From: Flavobacteriaceae bacterium
Lineage (GTDB): Bacteria > Bacteroidota > Bacteroidia > Flavobacteriales > Flavobacteriaceae
Assembly: GCA_002862715.1 (NCBI GenBank)
Contig: PKDV01000067.1
Coordinates: 1 to 59,027, forward strand
Direction of reading: 5' to 3'
Length of the DNA: 59,027 nt
Part shown: positions 40,114-50,510 of the stretch, piece after piece
How the letters are laid out: every line of letters begins with the position of its first letter
Position numbering within the stretch: position 1 is the stretch's first letter
The notes under the pieces: generated by a model
The model's input: only the letters and a program-made list of their open reading frames with translations
What the model was told of the DNA's origin: nothing
Database searches by the model: none
Program-made: the position numbers and the translations under genes

Positions 40114-41691
40114 TTATTCATACTGTGCTGACAAATCACCAGCAACCCTATTTAAAGTTTCAATTACTTTATCTGTTAACTTACCTTCTTTTAATGTTTC
40201 TAAAACAGCTTTGTGTTTTGTTTTTAAGACATCGAGATATTGCAGTTCAAATTCTTTTACCTTTTCCACAGGCACTTTACTTAATAGATTTTTGGAACCC
40301 GCAAAAATTATTGCAATTTGATTTTCTACCGTAAATGGATCATTTTGTGCTTGTTTTAAAATTTCGACATTTCTTTTACCTTTTTCAATGACGTTTAATG
40401 TTGCAGCATCTAAATCAGACCCAAATTTTGCGAAGGCCTCAAGCTCCCTAAATTGAGCTTGATCTAATTTTAAAGTACCAGCTACTTTTTTCATAGATTT
40501 AATTTGTGCAGAGCCTCCCACCCTAGAGACCGAAATTCCAACATTAATTGCAGGGCGAACACCAGAATTAAACAAATCAGATTCCAAAAATATTTGCCCG
40601 TCTGTAATAGAAATTACATTTGTTGGAATATATGCAGAAACGTCTCCTGCTTGGGTTTCTATAATAGGCAAAGCCGTAAGTGAGCCACCGCCTTTGACTT
40701 TGGGCTTTAATCCCAAAGGTAAATCATTCATCTGTTTGGCAATTTTATCATCTGCAATTACTTTTGCAGCTCTTTCCAACAACCTTGAGTGTAAATAAAA
40801 AACATCACCAGGATAGGCTTCCCTTCCAGGGGGTCTTCTAAGTAAAAGCGAGACCTCTCTGTACGCCACAGCTTGTTTTGATAAGTCGTCATAGATAATT
40901 AACGCTGGACGCCCTGTATCTCTAAAATATTCCCCTATTGAGGCCCCTGCAAAAGGGGCATATACTTGCATTGGCGCAGGATCGGAAGCATTTGCAGCAA
41001 CAATAGTAGTGTAAGCCATTGCACCTTTTTCCCTAAGCGTATTGGCTATACCAGCAACTGTAGAGGCTTTTTGTCCAATTGCAACATATATACAATATAC
41101 CGGCTCACCAGCATCAAAGAATTCTTTTTGATTTAAGATTGTATCAATACAAACAGTAGTCTTTCCAGTTTGCCTATCTCCGATTACAAGTTCTCTTTGT
41201 CCTCTACCGATTGGAATCATAGCATCGATAGACTTGATACCAGTTTGAAGGGGCTCATTTACAGGTTGACGATATATAACACCGGGAGCTTTCCTTTCAA
41301 GAGGCATATCAATTGTTTCACCTTCAATGGGTCCGTTACCGTCAATTGGGTTTCCTAGCGCGTCAAGTACCCTACCAACAACGCCTTCACCAACTTTAAT
41401 AGATGCGATTCTTTGTGTTCTTTTAACAATATCACCTTCTTTAATTTCTTTAGATGGACCTAAAAGTACTACCCCAACATTATCTTCTTCAAGATTTAAT
41501 ACAATACCTTCCATTCCATTTTCAAATTGTACTAATTCTCCATATTGAACATTAGACAGTCCATAAACTCTAGAAATTCCATCTCCGACTTGGAGAACAG
41601 TTCCTACTTCGTCAAGTGAGGGGGAAATATCGGTTCCCGTTAATTGTTTTTTAATAATTGCTGATATTTCAGCAGGCTTAATATCTGCCAT
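40114..41691 (-). CDS. atpA: F0F1 ATP synthase subunit alpha
   Basis: Walker A GDRQTGKT. 525 aa. Confidence 0.98.
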   Translation of the reverse strand: MADIKPAEISAIIKKQLTGTDISPSLDEVGTVLQVGDGISRVYGLSNVQYGELVQFENGMEGIVLNLEEDNVGVVLLGPSKEIKEGDIVKRTQRIASIKVGEGVVGRVLDALGNPIDGNGPIEGETIDMPLERKAPGVIYRQPVNEPLQTGIKSIDAMIPIGRGQRELVIGDRQTGKTTVCIDTILNQKEFFDAGEPVYCIYVAIGQKASTVAGIANTLREKGAMAYTTIVAANASDPAPMQVYAPFAGASIGEYFRDTGRPALIIYDDLSKQAVAYREVSLLLRRPPGREAYPGDVFYLHSRLLERAAKVIADDKIAKQMNDLPLGLKPKVKGGGSLTALPIIETQAGDVSAYIPTNVISITDGQIFLESDLFNSGVRPAINVGISVSRVGGSAQIKSMKKVAGTLKLDQAQFRELEAFAKFGSDLDAATLNVIEKGKRNVEILKQAQNDPFTVENQIAIIFAGSKNLLSKVPVEKVKEFELQYLDVLKTKHKAVLETLKEGKLTDKVIETLNRVAGDLSAQYE

Positions 41692-41694
41692 AAC

Positions 41695-42243
41695 TTATTG
41701 TATTGATATATTTATAAATTCTTGTTTTAACTTATTCAATTGATTTTTAAAGCTAGCATCATACTGTAAATCTCCTACACGTAAAACAAAACCGCCAACT
41801 ATGCTCGAGTCAATTTTATTTACTAGAGTTATGTTTTTACTAGTTATGTCTCTAACCTTATTTTCAATTTCGTTAATTGTTGAAGAATTAAGCTCGGAGG
41901 ATGAAGTTAAAACAACCTCTTGGTTCTGAACATATTCATTATACAATACGACAAAACTATTTGCTACATCATCAAAAAGATCGATTCTTCTGTTTTTCAT
42001 TAGAACATCAATCAAGTCTTGGGTTATTTTAGAACATTTTTTAAACACAGACTTTAGAGCACTAAGCTTATCAGAATCTTTAACAACTTTACTGTCGACG
42101 AAAAGTTTTAGTTCCTTAGAATCTTCAAAAGCTTTTGAAACACTTTTCATATCCTTGAAAATCAAATCAACATTCTTTTTATTTTCAAGACATGACTGAA
42201 GTGTTGCTTTTGCGTATCTGTATGCGGCTCTATTATAAATCAC
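41695..42243 (-). CDS. atpH: F0F1 ATP synthase subunit delta
   Basis: 182 aa between atpF and atpA, with an AAYRYAKA N-terminal pattern. The GTG start forms GTGA with the atpF stop. Confidence 0.85.
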   Translation of the reverse strand: MIYNRAAYRYAKATLQSCLENKKNVDLIFKDMKSVSKAFEDSKELKLFVDSKVVKDSDKLSALKSVFKKCSKITQDLIDVLMKNRRIDLFDDVANSFVVLYNEYVQNQEVVLTSSSELNSSTINEIENKVRDITSKNITLVNKIDSSIVGGFVLRVGDLQYDASFKNQLNKLKQEFINISIQ

Positions 42244-42740
42244 TTTAGCTTTACATCTTTTAATAGTTCTTCTACAATTTGCATTTGTTTATCGTCATCT
42301 GACAACTTTTCTTTTAGAATCTTTTCAGCAATATCAATTGAAAGGGTAGCAACCTGTTTTTTTATTTCAGAAACAGCTGCATTTTTTTCATTTTTGATTG
42401 ATTCATTAGCATTCTCTATAATTTTTTGAGCTTCAGCTTTAGCCTCATCTTTGGCTTGAGAGACAATAGAGTTTTTGATACCTCTAGCTTCTTTTAAAAG
42501 AGTGTCTCTTTCTATTCTAGCTTGTTTCATAATCTTATCATTGTCGGCTTTCAAAGATTCCATTTCCTTTTTCGCTAGTTCTGCAGATTGCAATGCATCT
42601 TTTATGCCTTGTTCTCTATCATTTACAGCTTTTAAAATAGGTCTCCAAGCAACTTTTTTTAATAAAAAAATAAGTATCACAAAGATTACTGTCTGCCAAA
42701 AAAATAGGCCAATTGAAAATTCTTCAATTAGTTTTTCCAT
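42240..42740 (-). CDS. atpF: F0F1 ATP synthase subunit B
   Basis: A single N-terminal TM helix followed by a long charged helix. 166 aa. Position in the operon fits. Confidence 0.9.
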   Translation of the reverse strand: MEKLIEEFSIGLFFWQTVIFVILIFLLKKVAWRPILKAVNDREQGIKDALQSAELAKKEMESLKADNDKIMKQARIERDTLLKEARGIKNSIVSQAKDEAKAEAQKIIENANESIKNEKNAAVSEIKKQVATLSIDIAEKILKEKLSDDDKQMQIVEELLKDVKLK

Positions 42741-42778
42741 TACAAATAATTTAGATTAATCTTAATTATTTAATTGCA

Positions 42779-42985
<207 letters not shown>

Positions 42986-43000
42986 TTAAACTTTTTCATT

Positions 43001-44080
43001 TTAATGCGCTTCACTATGATCTTCCACTGCAAAACCAAAATATAATGCAGAAAGCATAGTAAAAATATATGCTTGTAATAATGCTACTAATATCTCAATT
43101 ATAGCAATAAAAAATGCTAGAAGGAAAGACAAGCTACTTCCAATCCAAGCTTTAAAAATAAACATCAAGCCTATAAGGCTATATAAAACTATATGCCCAG
43201 CCTGAATATTTGCATAAAGCCTAATTAATAATGAAAAAGGCTTTATAAAAACTCCCAAAAATTCAATTGGTGCTAATACTATTCTAATTAATACTGGAAT
43301 CCCAGGCATCCAAAAAATATGGCCCCAATAATTTTTGTTTGCAGTTAAGTTTGTTATTAGAAAAGTTAACAACGCCAAGGAAAAAGTAACAGCAATATTA
43401 CCAGTAACATTAACCCCAAGGGGCGTTAACCCCAACATATTTAAAAACCAAACAAAGAAAAATACTGTAAGTAAAAAACTCATATAGTTTTTATACTTTT
43501 TAACTCCAATATTCGGGATGGCAATATCATCCCTTATATATAAAATGATTGGTTCAAAAAATCTTCCAATCCCTTTTGCCACGCCATTATTTTTGGAATA
43601 GGATTTTGCTAGTGAGCCAAATAAAAATAACATCAACAACGATACTATTATTATTGTCAAAACATTTTTGGTTATTGAAAAATCTATTGGCTTAATGTTA
43701 TTTATTTTTCCATTTTCATTAAATATAAAATCCCCTTGAGCATTTGTTTTATAAATTGTGTTTGTTTCATAATAAAGTCTATAGTAATCTCCATTATGAT
43801 TTATAACCTCTTTTCCATGTTTTAATTTTGGGGACATCCAAAATTTGAAACCATTGTCATAAATTATAACAGGCAGTGGAAGTTCGATGTAAATTTTTTT
43901 GTTTTTGTTGTTAGTGAATGATGTAAGATAAAACCCGTGTGTATCTTTTAAGTGGTGCTTAATATATTTTTTGATGGTCTCCGATACATCTTTTTCTTCA
44001 TTAAGTTCTGTATAATTTGGTTTTGAATGCACAGTATAAACTGAACATAAAAACAAAAAGTAAATTAAAATTTTTTTCAA
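43001..44080 (-). CDS. atpB: F0F1 ATP synthase subunit A (with long N-terminal extension)
   Basis: RLYANIQAGH motif carrying the essential Arg of subunit a. 359 aa with a signal-like N-terminus. TTG start. Confidence 0.9.
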   Translation of the reverse strand: MKKILIYFLFLCSVYTVHSKPNYTELNEEKDVSETIKKYIKHHLKDTHGFYLTSFTNNKNKKIYIELPLPVIIYDNGFKFWMSPKLKHGKEVINHNGDYYRLYYETNTIYKTNAQGDFIFNENGKINNIKPIDFSITKNVLTIIIVSLLMLFLFGSLAKSYSKNNGVAKGIGRFFEPIILYIRDDIAIPNIGVKKYKNYMSFLLTVFFFVWFLNMLGLTPLGVNVTGNIAVTFSLALLTFLITNLTANKNYWGHIFWMPGIPVLIRIVLAPIEFLGVFIKPFSLLIRLYANIQAGHIVLYSLIGLMFIFKAWIGSSLSFLLAFFIAIIEILVALLQAYIFTMLSALYFGFAVEDHSEAH

Positions 44081-44112
44081 AAAATAAATTTTAAGGTCGT
44101 AAAATTTTTGTC

Positions 44113-44120
44113 CAAATTTA
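44113..44120 (-). promoter_or_regulatory. Candidate -7 promoter box (TAAATTTG on the minus strand) upstream of atpB
   Basis: The plus strand reads CAAATTTA, the reverse complement of TAAATTTG. It lies 33 nt upstream of the atpB start, inside the 117-nt atpZ-atpB gap. Confidence 0.35.
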
Positions 44121-44197
44121 AGCTATCCACGTATAGAAAAAAAGTAGAGAGTCAAATTAATTTAACATTTTTTAAAAAAATAAAAAAAACAAATAAT

Positions 44198-44419
44198 TTA
44201 TCTTGAATTGTATCTATTAGAAATTTTGACAACTAAATATATGTTAATGCAAAGCATTGTTATTAGGCTAAGCGCAGTTAAAGTTTTGCCCGTGTTAAAT
44301 TTTAAATCTAAATACTTTCCGAATAGAGAGGCTATATACATAGTGGTGCCAAGCTGGACGGTTAGGCCAGAAAAAAGAACAAAAAAGTTAGGCGATTTTT
44401 TCTGACTGGGTTTCTTCAT
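44198..44419 (-). CDS. AtpZ/AtpI-like small membrane protein
   Basis: About 73 aa with two TM helices, immediately upstream of atpB. I prefer the ATG at 44419 (MKKPSQKK) over the TTG at 44431. It overlaps the bactofilin 3' end by 32 nt. Confidence 0.55.
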   Translation of the reverse strand: MKKPSQKKSPNFFVLFSGLTVQLGTTMYIASLFGKYLDLKFNTGKTLTALSLITMLCINIYLVVKISNRYNSR

Positions 44420-44804
44420 CTTCCTCAACAATAGATTTAACAGAAACAGTTTTCATTGTACATTGAGAATTTAATGTTGCTCCAGATTCTACAGCTAATT
44501 TACCAATAGTAATTTCCCCCTCTACAACTCCATCAGATTTTATTGTTAGCAGACCATCGACTGAAAGTTTTCCATTAAAACTTCCCATAATATCAGCATA
44601 TGCACATTGTATATCGCCTTTTACCGAGCCTTCATTTCCAATCACAACCCTTCCGGATGTATTTATTTTTCCTTCCAGAACTCCATCGATTCTAAAATCA
44701 GATTTTGATTCTATTTCTCCAACAATTTTTGTATTCGGTTCAACAAAGTTGATTTTTACGGAATTTTTATTTGAGTCCATATTATCTTTTTTATTTGTAA
44801 ACAT
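44388..44804 (-). CDS. Bactofilin (polymer-forming cytoskeletal protein, DUF583)
   Basis: Repetitive beta-helix windings (GEIESKSDFRIDGVLEGKI..GRVVIGNEGSVKGDI..GKLSVDGLLTIKSDGVVEGEITIGKL) and an acidic tail. 138 aa. Confidence 0.8.
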   Translation of the reverse strand: MFTNKKDNMDSNKNSVKINFVEPNTKIVGEIESKSDFRIDGVLEGKINTSGRVVIGNEGSVKGDIQCAYADIMGSFNGKLSVDGLLTIKSDGVVEGEITIGKLAVESGATLNSQCTMKTVSVKSIVEEDEETQSEKIA

Positions 44805-47234
44805 TTATTTTAAAGTTAGTTGTTCCAATTCCTTGCTTATTAATGCATTTCTATAATTGGACGCTAAAACTACAATTTTTTCTTCTGTTAACAAACGCAA
44901 GTTGTTTTCCTCAATTAATTTTACAGTTTCATAGGCACTATTAATTGAAATAAATCCATGAATAACAAGCGTATCAAGATTTTTGTTAAATAAATCCACA
45001 GAAACCTTAAGGCGGTCAGAAACACCTAATTCTTTAAAGAAATTCTCTAACCAATTTTTATACAAATATGTTTTTTGTTTGTCACTTGGGTTTCTAAAAA
45101 AAATAATTTTTGCCTTAGTTCCACCCTCACTAATTGGATCAAAAACAGTAAAATTTTCTAATAACTCTTTTGCTTTTTCAGAAGCAGTTGTATTTGGATA
45201 ATTTTTATTTAGTTGTTCTAACGAGCTCCTAAAAGCAGGTAATCCTTCAAGTCGTCCAATAGCTTTCGCACGCAGCAGCATCCACTGTGATTTTAATTTA
45301 TAGTCAGATAATATTTTTATCTGCTCCTCGCTTTTGTTTAGTACATAATTATAGTTTTGGCTTTCAAACGCTTTACTGGCTTCTTCAAATATTTTTTCTT
45401 TTTCCTTTTCATTTTTTGATAAAATCTCCGGATTTGTAATCATTAGAGCATAGTCACTTTTTCTGTGGTCTCTTTTTAATATATTAGAAAATCTAAGTTC
45501 ATTTTCTTTCTCATTTAAAAACTTGAATATCTTAATTAGATGGTAATAAGTAGCAGCTAAAAAAGTTTCGTTATTTTTTTCATCCAATAAAGTATAAAAT
45601 TTATTGATTGATGTTTTCAAAGCGTTAAATTGTTCTTTGTAAGAGATACCAGATAAAAATAGAGCTTCATTTTTAATATTTTGAATACTATCAATTTTTG
45701 ATATTGGTGGAATTGATGATAAATATTTATTGATATCAAAAAGAGGATTCGAGTCTTCTATTTTTTTTTCGTTCGATAATTCCACAACACTATTTCTAAT
45801 ATTTTTCTCATATTTCCAATTATCTTTTAATTCAATATTTCCCCAAATTCTCTTAAATTTTTGAATTCCATCTTCAACCTGCTTTGAGTTATAAAAATAG
45901 AAAGACTCAAATGTGTTTAATACTTGGCTCTGTCTCGAAACTTTTGAACTGTTTTTTTTGTTCAGCGATTTTTTTAAGTTAGAAATGTATGATTCTATAT
46001 GTCCTATCTGCTCTTCAGGAGATTTTTTCATTAATAATATTATACTATCAGCTTTTTTAATTGTTTTTTCGTAATTAATTATATCGGTAAGTTTTTCTTT
46101 TTTTCTTTTAACCTTTCTAAACTTTAGGCTTTTTTCATCCAGATTTTGCAGCGTACTATCAAAATATTTACCTGCTTCTACAAAATCAATTTGATTCATT
46201 CTGTTCTCTGCAAAAAGTTCATAAATATTTGATTTTAAGTATTTGTCTTGTGTAAGCGTTTCTAAAGATTTTTTTAAATGTTTTTCAGAGGCTAATGTGT
46301 CTCCCAAACTTAATTTAAATTTTGAATAGAAATAGTTTATTTGATCTCTAAACCTTCTGTCTTCGTCACTTTTAAGAAGCTTTTTAAATTGGTTTTCTTT
46401 TTCCTCAATACTGTAAAAATTGGTATTAAGTTTTTCTAATTTTGATCGTAGCCAAAGTTCTCTTGGAATTTTTCGATTTAAATCAATTACCTTTTGATAG
46501 GTTATTGCAGCAGAATCAAAATTGTTCAGTTTATTATAAACTTGACCAAGTAAAAAACCAAATCTAGATTTGTAAGTAATGGATTTTTCATTTAAAAATG
46601 CTTCATTTAACGGATTTGTAGCATTTTCAAAATCGTTTTTGTTTATATAAGCTTTAGCTAAAGCTGCTTTGGCAGTTGAGTAGTCCCTTCCATCTAGAAC
46701 GTCACTTGATAGAATGTTCTTAAGTTCTTTTATAGCTCTATTGTTCTGTCCAATTTCAATAAATACTTTTGCTTTCCAAAGCTCTGCTATTTTTGAATTT
46801 TTGCTACTAGACATATTTCTAATCACATAATTAAATGCATCCAAGGCTTGTAAATATTTACCATTAAAATATCTCGATTTTCCAAGTAGTAGATAGGCCC
46901 TTGAAATCTGTTTATTTTTTTCAGTACCATCAATGTACATAGAGTGTTTTTGCACGGTAAAAACTGCCTTTTCCTCACTAGTATCAAAAAAAGCATTTTT
47001 GTTGTTTTCAGTAAATGCAATTGGCAAGGAATAAGGATAAACTTCAATTAGGTTCCAATAGTTGTCTTTTCGTGACTCTATTAGCGCATTTACACCTAAT
47101 CTTAAAGATTCCTCTCCATTATATAGTGGATTAAACTTTGAAGTTGTCGAGTGGTATGCTCTATTTAAAGCCTTATCTTTCTGGGTAGAACAGCCAAAAA
47201 ATATTAAAACAAAAAGGATATATGCTTTTCTCAA
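44805..47234 (-). CDS. TPR-repeat lipoprotein, SprE/PorW-like (T9SS/gliding-associated)
   Basis: Lipobox FFGCS followed by KDKALNRAYHSTTSKFNPLYNG, an N-terminal pattern I recall from SprE/PorW. TPR-like repeats. 809 aa. TTG start. Confidence 0.55.
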   Translation of the reverse strand: MRKAYILFVLIFFGCSTQKDKALNRAYHSTTSKFNPLYNGEESLRLGVNALIESRKDNYWNLIEVYPYSLPIAFTENNKNAFFDTSEEKAVFTVQKHSMYIDGTEKNKQISRAYLLLGKSRYFNGKYLQALDAFNYVIRNMSSSKNSKIAELWKAKVFIEIGQNNRAIKELKNILSSDVLDGRDYSTAKAALAKAYINKNDFENATNPLNEAFLNEKSITYKSRFGFLLGQVYNKLNNFDSAAITYQKVIDLNRKIPRELWLRSKLEKLNTNFYSIEEKENQFKKLLKSDEDRRFRDQINYFYSKFKLSLGDTLASEKHLKKSLETLTQDKYLKSNIYELFAENRMNQIDFVEAGKYFDSTLQNLDEKSLKFRKVKRKKEKLTDIINYEKTIKKADSIILLMKKSPEEQIGHIESYISNLKKSLNKKNSSKVSRQSQVLNTFESFYFYNSKQVEDGIQKFKRIWGNIELKDNWKYEKNIRNSVVELSNEKKIEDSNPLFDINKYLSSIPPISKIDSIQNIKNEALFLSGISYKEQFNALKTSINKFYTLLDEKNNETFLAATYYHLIKIFKFLNEKENELRFSNILKRDHRKSDYALMITNPEILSKNEKEKEKIFEEASKAFESQNYNYVLNKSEEQIKILSDYKLKSQWMLLRAKAIGRLEGLPAFRSSLEQLNKNYPNTTASEKAKELLENFTVFDPISEGGTKAKIIFFRNPSDKQKTYLYKNWLENFFKELGVSDRLKVSVDLFNKNLDTLVIHGFISINSAYETVKLIEENNLRLLTEEKIVVLASNYRNALISKELEQLTLK

Positions 47235-47275
47235 GAAAATTTACTTTAGGATAAAACTTAAAAATTATTAAAATA

Positions 47276-47974
47276 TTATTGATTGGCGAAAAAGCCTTCC
47301 AAATCTTTGAAAGTATTTTTTGATGTTTTCACATCTTTAACTACATGGCCTTTGTCCAATACAACAATTCTTTCACAAACTTCAGTCACATGTTGAAGAT
47401 CATGACTGGAAATAACGAATGTCTTATCAGAATTTTTGGATTTATCTTTTAGAAGAACTTTTAGTCTGATTTGAGTTGTTGGGTCAAGATTAGCAAATGG
47501 TTCGTCAAGCACAACAAGTGGAGTATCACAAATCAATGCACCTACAACCCCAACTTTTTTTTGATTTCCTTTTGAAAGATCTCTTATATACTTTTTTTTA
47601 CCCATGATTTCACCATGAAAAAAGTCCTCATATGGTTCCAAAGATTTTAAGATTTCATCTTTTTTTATGTTTCTAAGCTCTCCAATAAATGTAAAATATT
47701 CTTCAGGTGTTAAGTAACTAATTAAAAATTGATCATCAATAAAAGCAGATGTAATTGATTTCCAACTTTCATTTTTCGAAACATCATTATTTGATATTGT
47801 TACTTTTCCTGTGGAAGCTTTTATTAAATCTAAAATTAGGCTAAAAAGTGTTGTTTTTCCAGCTCCATTGTTGCCTACCAATCCAAATGTTTGAGATTTA
47901 GGAATGCTCATTTTTGGGATGTTTAAAACAACATCGTTGTTATAACTTTTTGAAAGGTTGTCAATTTCAATCAT
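47276..47974 (-). CDS. ABC transporter ATP-binding protein
   Basis: Walker A GNNGAGKTT, signature LSKGNQKKV and Walker B LVVLDEPF. 232 aa. ATGA-coupled to the upstream membrane protein. Confidence 0.9.
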   Translation of the reverse strand: MIEIDNLSKSYNNDVVLNIPKMSIPKSQTFGLVGNNGAGKTTLFSLILDLIKASTGKVTISNNDVSKNESWKSITSAFIDDQFLISYLTPEEYFTFIGELRNIKKDEILKSLEPYEDFFHGEIMGKKKYIRDLSKGNQKKVGVVGALICDTPLVVLDEPFANLDPTTQIRLKVLLKDKSKNSDKTFVISSHDLQHVTEVCERIVVLDKGHVVKDVKTSKNTFKDLEGFFANQ

Positions 47975-49452
47975 TTATCAATCATTTTATAAGCTTTTAC
48001 AGTCTCGTATTTTTCACTCTTGTAAATTTTTTCAACAATTTTAAAGGCAATATTTCTAAAAAAGAAGCCAATTACCCCAAAAGAAGCAATTAATAGAAAA
48101 CCTAGGTTGGAATCTTTAATTAAAACCCCAACATTGAACAAAAAGACCGGTATCAACAATGGGAGTGTTCCTGTAATGAACATTCTAAAATTAAATGCCT
48201 TAAAATTTCCAAAAGCTTTGGGATTTTCTAGATTCATTGGAATTCTAGTGTAGGCACCACTAATCAATATTATTATTGAGCTTACTCCCATATTAAAAAT
48301 TCCACCAGCAATAACAGCATAAAAAATTTCCCAACTAAAAATTAAATAAAATGAGGATAAGATGGTTGATGCAAAAGTAAAAATTACCATCAACCACCAT
48401 TTTGAAATTAAATATTCTTTGTATGAAATATTTTGAGTCATGATTAAAGGATAAAAACTACTGTCCCAACTTGGTACATATTGACCAAAAGTTAAAAGAA
48501 ATCCACCTGTTACAAAAATTCCAGAAAAAATCTGAAAAAAAGACATATTACGATATAAATCGATTTGAAAAATTAAACCGTATAAGATAAATAACAATCC
48601 CATCACTGCTACTCCACGAGCAGCTTTGCTTCTAATTATTAACCGAATATCATTTTTTATAAATGTTGAAGCTTTTCCGAATCTATCAAAAAGCGACAAC
48701 CATTCCAGTTTTTTAATTTCTACTTTCTTTTTTGAATCAGAGTCTAAATAAAATTTTTGTTTAAAAAAATTAAAACTCAAATAGTAACTCAAAATTATTA
48801 TTGGAATAAAAATTAAAGATGAAATAGGGCTTATTAATGAAAGATTAAATACTGGGGCAAAAAACTCACCTATTTCAATTATTTCGTATTTCTGAAGTAG
48901 AAAAAAGGAAATCATCAAAGCGGCTACCGAGTAAAGAATTCGGTCAATTCCATTTATAATTATGTTAATATAATTTGTAATAAGTATTAAAGAAAAAACA
49001 ATTAACCACCATGACGAAACTTGCCATAAAGTATATTCAGATTCATAGATTAATAAAAGGCCAAATGGGATGAAAAAATAAAAATTCATCGTATTCCAAA
49101 AGCTAAATGTTGATTTAAAAAGAGTAAAATGAACAGTACTTTTTTTGGATATCGGCTGTAATAGCAATGGATTAATTATAAGCTTTGGGATTTTTTGAAA
49201 AAAATACCTTACTACAACCCAAAGAATTGTAAAGTAAATAAGATAATTATTAATTTCTATTAAGGGGTCTTTTCCCAAACCTTCGTCAAAAGAATAGAAA
49301 CTAATAACAGCAAGAGAGGCCGCAATTGCAACAAAACAAATAAAGAAATAGCCTAATAATATTTTTTTACCAATGTTTGAAGCCACACTTGACCCTCTAA
49401 AAAATGATTTTTTTGATAAGTAAAAAAAAGTCGCTATAACTGATTTGGACAT
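47971..49452 (-). CDS. Polytopic membrane protein (DUF5687-like), putative permease partner of the ABC ATPase
   Basis: 493 aa in two blocks of about 6 TM helices, separated by a charged loop (DSDSKKKVEIKKLEW...). No recognised permease signature. Confidence 0.6.
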   Translation of the reverse strand: MSKSVIATFFYLSKKSFFRGSSVASNIGKKILLGYFFICFVAIAASLAVISFYSFDEGLGKDPLIEINNYLIYFTILWVVVRYFFQKIPKLIINPLLLQPISKKSTVHFTLFKSTFSFWNTMNFYFFIPFGLLLIYESEYTLWQVSSWWLIVFSLILITNYINIIINGIDRILYSVAALMISFFLLQKYEIIEIGEFFAPVFNLSLISPISSLIFIPIIILSYYLSFNFFKQKFYLDSDSKKKVEIKKLEWLSLFDRFGKASTFIKNDIRLIIRSKAARGVAVMGLLFILYGLIFQIDLYRNMSFFQIFSGIFVTGGFLLTFGQYVPSWDSSFYPLIMTQNISYKEYLISKWWLMVIFTFASTILSSFYLIFSWEIFYAVIAGGIFNMGVSSIIILISGAYTRIPMNLENPKAFGNFKAFNFRMFITGTLPLLIPVFLFNVGVLIKDSNLGFLLIASFGVIGFFFRNIAFKIVEKIYKSEKYETVKAYKMIDK

Positions 49453-49478
49453 AAAACAAATATAATAGAAATAAGATT

Positions 49479-50510
49479 TTAGTTATTTAAAATTTTATAG
49501 GCCAAGTCAATTACCAATTTGGGGTCTATGGTTCTCATAACATCTTCATACCCTTTTACCTTTTTATTGCCATAGACTGATGTTGGTATGAAAGGGAACC
49601 TATTTCTGTTGGAGACGATACTATTTTCCTTTGGTTGTCCAAACGGGGTAAATCCCAAACATGGATGGGTACTACCCCAAAGTGTTATTACGGGAACATT
49701 ATAATTTGATGCTAGATGACCATTTGCTGAATCCATAGAAATCATAAGATTTAGTAGTGCAATTAATTGAATTTCATCACCAAGCTCAAACATTCCTACA
49801 GAATTTATAACGTTTTTGGAAGCATCTGCCCAAATATCAAGTTTGTTTTTTTCATAATCTCCAAATCCAAAAAGTACAACATTATATTCTCTTTGTAAAT
49901 TAGCTACTACTTTTTGCATTAGGTCCAAAGGATATTGTTTTGATTCGTGAGCTGCAAATGGGGCAATACCAATAATTTTTCTATGATTTTCAAAATTCAG
50001 TTCTTTGAACTTTGAAAACATTGGCATAACTGGAATTTCATCATTTGACAATGAAATTGGAAAACCAAGTTTTTCAAAAACTTGCGCATAGCGAAAAATT
50101 TGAGGTGTAAGAGGAATCAATGTCTTTATTTTTTTTTTAGTTAGTCTTTTTTTGGAAGCTCTCCCCTTATCAATTTTTGCTTGTTTAATCCAAAAATATC
50201 TTTTAAAGTAAACCATCAATAGCTTTGTTCTAATTACCTGATGCAAGTCAGCTATATGTGTAGGACGTAATCGCAATATTTGACTAAACAACTTATAAAG
50301 ACCAATAGGTGTTTTATGTTTATTTTTTAAATCAGGAGTTATGAAATCAACATTTTTTAATCCATCAAAGATTGGCACAAATCTTCTTTGTGTTACCATA
50401 GTGATTTTTGTTTTAGGATAGGTTTTTAAAATTGCCCTAATTACAGGAACACACATTGCTACATCACCCATTGCTGAAAGGCGAAAAACAATAATATGAG
50501 AGTTTAACAT
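49479..50510 (-). CDS. Glycosyltransferase family 9 (heptosyltransferase-like)
   Basis: N-terminal IIVFRLSAMGDV motif typical of GT9. 343 aa. Confidence 0.8.
   Translation of the reverse strand: MLNSHIIVFRLSAMGDVAMCVPVIRAILKTYPKTKITMVTQRRFVPIFDGLKNVDFITPDLKNKHKTPIGLYKLFSQILRLRPTHIADLHQVIRTKLLMVYFKRYFWIKQAKIDKGRASKKRLTKKKIKTLIPLTPQIFRYAQVFEKLGFPISLSNDEIPVMPMFSKFKELNFENHRKIIGIAPFAAHESKQYPLDLMQKVVANLQREYNVVLFGFGDYEKNKLDIWADASKNVINSVGMFELGDEIQLIALLNLMISMDSANGHLASNYNVPVITLWGSTHPCLGFTPFGQPKENSIVSNRNRFPFIPTSVYGNKKVKGYEDVMRTIDPKLVIDLAYKILNN

Noticed and set aside
44081-44197. The 117-nt atpZ-atpB spacer and the 114-nt acn-ugd spacer (56706-56819) examined for small RNA genes or structured elements.
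   Set aside because: I saw only A/T-rich sequence with promoter-like boxes. No stable GC-containing helices or conserved RNA motifs were found.
50129-50138. A T10 homopolymer (A10 on the coding strand, LTKKKIKT) inside the GT9 glycosyltransferase, as a possible slipped-strand phase-variation switch.
   Set aside because: Runs of 8-9 A/T are common throughout this AT-rich window (for example 37521-37529, 38201-38209, 45761-45769). Lys-rich stretches explain them. A single 10-mer is not convincing without population data.
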